A stretch of 64,000 nt of DNA from Camelus dromedarius. Taxonomy: Eukaryota. A program made the position numbers and the translations under genes. Positions 61,168 through 64,000 of the stretch are shown piece by piece (position 1 is the stretch's first letter; each line of letters begins with the position of its first letter). The stretch is taken from contig NC_087447.1 of assembly GCF_036321535.1 (NCBI RefSeq), forward strand, positions 558,001 to 622,000, in the 5' to 3' direction. The notes beneath the pieces were generated by a model that saw nothing but the letters and a program-made list of their open reading frames with translations, was not told the origin of the DNA and searched no databases.

Positions 61168-61222
61168 TTGCACATCAGTCCTTCTGTCTCTTGGGAAAGC
61201 GCAGGTCGGCTCCAGACTGGGC

Positions 61223-61859
61223 CTACAGCAGGTCGTAGAAGTAGTCCAGGCCCTGGCCCAGCTCCCAGATGGACACCCCAACACCCAGCTCCCTGGCCAG
61301 CTCCAGCCGCACCTGCAAGGACTGAGGCAGAGGAAGCTCAGTCCCACCCCTTGTCCCTAGGCTGCCCTGGCCCCACCCGGCCCTGAAATGTGCCCAGGTC
61401 CGAGCCCACGCTGACCCCTGCTGCCCACCCCAGCCTGGCTGAGGCCAAGGCTGTCAGGGGAGGGGTGGTGCCGGCTGCCCACACCCCCAGCGTGAAGGCC
61501 AGGCCCACACCCACCTTCAGCGTAGGGTAGAAGACGACGTGCCTCCCACCACGGCTTCTGCAAGAGAGCGGGACCCTCTGTCTGGCCGGGCGGATTCCCA
61601 CCTGCCTCCGCTTCTCCCAGGCCCTCCTCCCCATCCAGCCAAGGTCGCAGGTCTGGCTAGAAAAGGCCCTCCCTGGTGCTACTCCTCAGGCCAGGCTGGC
61701 CCTGGGGGCAGAGGGGCTTGTGGCCTGGGACTCCCGGCTGGCCCACGCCTCACCCGGGCCCTCCTCCGGGACACTCACTTCTTGTACTCGAAGAAGTGCT
61801 CAGCGGCCTGGCTGTCCCACACGATCCGGGGCCTGTGCTCCTTCAGCAGCTGGATGTAC
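61223..61859 (-). CDS. CHID1: Chitinase domain-containing protein 1 (SI-CLP), last three coding exons; gene continues beyond the window
   Basis: complement(join(61223..61321,61515..61557,61779..61859)); [73 protein letters not shown], the GH18-like C-terminus. Confidence 0.96.
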
Positions 61860-64000
61860 CTGGCGGGGGGGAGCCGGGTGTAGGTGCTGGAGCCCTTCCT
61901 GCCCGCCCCAACACCCAGACAGGGAGGAGGTGGCCTCTCCCGTCACCAGCGGGGTGAGGCCGCCCAAGGGCGGAAGCACGTGGGGTGCTGGACGTCGATG
62001 GCCTAGGGAGTGCCAGCAGCCGGTGGGAGGGCCACATGTGCGGCCTGGACACGAGGAAATGCCAAGGAGCAGGGCCACGTGGGTCCTCGCTGGGGTAGGG
62101 GGAGGACAGAGACCCTGACAGATGGCCCCTGAGACACAAGCAGAGGCCGAGGCTGTGTTTCCAGGCTCACTGCCGCCCTGCGACTTGGCTGCACTAGAGC
62201 ACCGCGTGTGACGTGAGTCTCTCGCTGCAGCACCTCCGCCCCACGCGGGCAGAGCGCGGGTGCCCGTGCTGCGGGCGCGGTGCCTGCTGGAGGGAGGGGG
62301 CTGCTTGCTGCTGCAGGAGAAGCAGCAACTTCTGAAATTGGTGGGGGGGCTGGGGGCAGGTGCAGGCCTCGAGGGTGAACGCGGCCTGGGGGCCGCTTCC
62401 TGAGGCCCCTTGGCACCCCGCACCCTAGCCCGTCTGGGGATAGCTGTCCAGGGCGGTGGTTTCCGGGCCCTTCCAGAGGCCAGGCTGCCCTGGGCCGGCC
62501 TTCCCTACTGGGGACACAGCTGCCCCAAGCCTGCAGTAGGCCTGGCCTTACTGCCAGGAGCCAAGGGTTCAAGAATACCCTGCTCTCAAACACACAGAGG
62601 GCTGGCTGGCTCCCAAGGTGCCCCACGGCCAGACAGCCAAGGTCCCTAGCAACGAGCTTCACTGAGCTCGCCCAGGACCCCGAGCCCTGCCTGGCTGATG
62701 GGTGGTTGAGATTCCTGCCTCCACCAGGCTGTGCTGGGTGGAGGGGGGACACACAGCCCACTGGGCAGCTCCACTGGGCGAGTGGGTGGCTGGGCGGCTG
62801 TCCTGAGAGCCCACCCAGGCTCCTCTCAGAGCCCCTGCAGTTTGCAGCCAGGCCCAGGCACCAGGCCCAGCGCAGGCCTCCCCTGGGCTTCGGTTTCTGT
62901 GGCGAGGGCTCTGACTCCCACCTTGCTGGGCCAGGGTGTGGCCCGCCCTCCCTGTGGCCGGCAGAGGGGGGACAGACGGGCCAGCCCTGCCAGGGGCACG
63001 GGAGGAAGTGGGTTTGGGAGGAGCAGCTGCAGCAGGCCGGGGGCCTTCCAGGAGGGGACATTCTCCTCTGCTGCTGCCCACAGGGTCTCTGCGGCCTGCA
63101 CTGGGGAGACCCAGGCGCCCCACCCGCTGCCCGTGGCCCCAGCGTCCCCTAAACACCCTACTGCCTCGAACCTGCAGTGCAAGAGGCCTGGTAGACGTCA
63201 GCCGTCCTCAGCAGGGCCGGCTGGGCAGAGGCCGCAGAGGGTTCTGGAGGGAGCCCCAGAGAGCCCACCAAGGCCCAGACCGGCCAGACCCTGGCCTGTG
63301 ATAAGGGCCTGAGGGTGAGGGGTCAGCCCCTTCAACCACGGTGCGGGACAGCTGCACCTTTGACGAGAAAGGACACCGGCTGGGCCGCACTGTAGCTGGA
63401 GGAGAGGGGAGACACTGACCCTGGGACAGAGCGCGGGGATGGGGACCAGAAGTCAGTGAGGGGCTGACGGAAAGCGTGGGGGTGCAGCCAATGACCAGGT
63501 GGGCTCACCTGCACCCCAGCCCAAAACCCCTGACCTCCCACTGGCCAGCGGAGCAGACTGGCTAGGCCTGACACTGTGTGGGACCCACGCAGCGAGTAGC
63601 CTCTCCTTCCTGTTTTTGCTGCAACCCGAGCCCCCTCACACTAAGCCCCAACCCAAGGCCCCTCTGGCAGGCGGTGGGCCCTGCCTGCAGCACCCCTGCA
63701 GCTTGTGGCCAGGGCTCCATGTCCCCTTGGTGCTGGCCTTCCCAGATTGGGCCCGCAAAGGGCATGGGGAAGAGGCAGGGCCTCCCTGCCTCAGGCCCAC
63801 ACGGGGAGTCCAGTGGGCACCTCTGGGTGACATGAGGAGGTGGCCCCCTTGGTGACCCTGGCTCACAAGTCCCCACCTGCTGGCAGCGGGACTCATCCTG
63901 AGCTGTGCCTCAAGGAAAGCCTCCAACACAGGAGCAAGCAGACAGCGCAGCAGAGGGTGTGCCAGGAAACCGTGCAGGGACAGAGGACACCTAGAAGCCA

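Overview
GC-rich mammalian genomic DNA with the gene order of human 11p15.5: SLC25A22(-), a PANO1-position ORF(+), PIDD1(-), RPLP2(+, hosting SNORA52), PNPLA2(+), CRACR2B(+), CD151(+), POLR2L(-), TSPAN4(+) and the last three coding exons of CHID1(-). I traced splice junctions by hand. All eight complete genes have intact spliced frames (322, 913, 115, 486, 399, 253, 67 and 238 aa). The only repeats I recognise are old ones (L1M, L2, MIR, hAT MERs), with no Alu or B1/B2, so the species is probably a non-primate, non-rodent placental (inference). There are no prokaryotic elements or CRISPR arrays. Main candidates for follow-up: (1) an internal TSPAN4 CpG promoter with an in-frame ATG adding a 73-aa N-terminal extension that reads through the normal splice acceptor; (2) PIDD1's second autoproteolysis motif reads RFSW instead of HFSW, which could block PIDD-CC/caspase-2 signalling; (3) a weak GC-AG intron in PIDD1 with a competing in-frame GT donor; (4) an L2 fragment with poly(A) hexamers on both strands between convergent CD151 and POLR2L. 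Comparisons with human or mouse sequences are from memory and need alignment to confirm.
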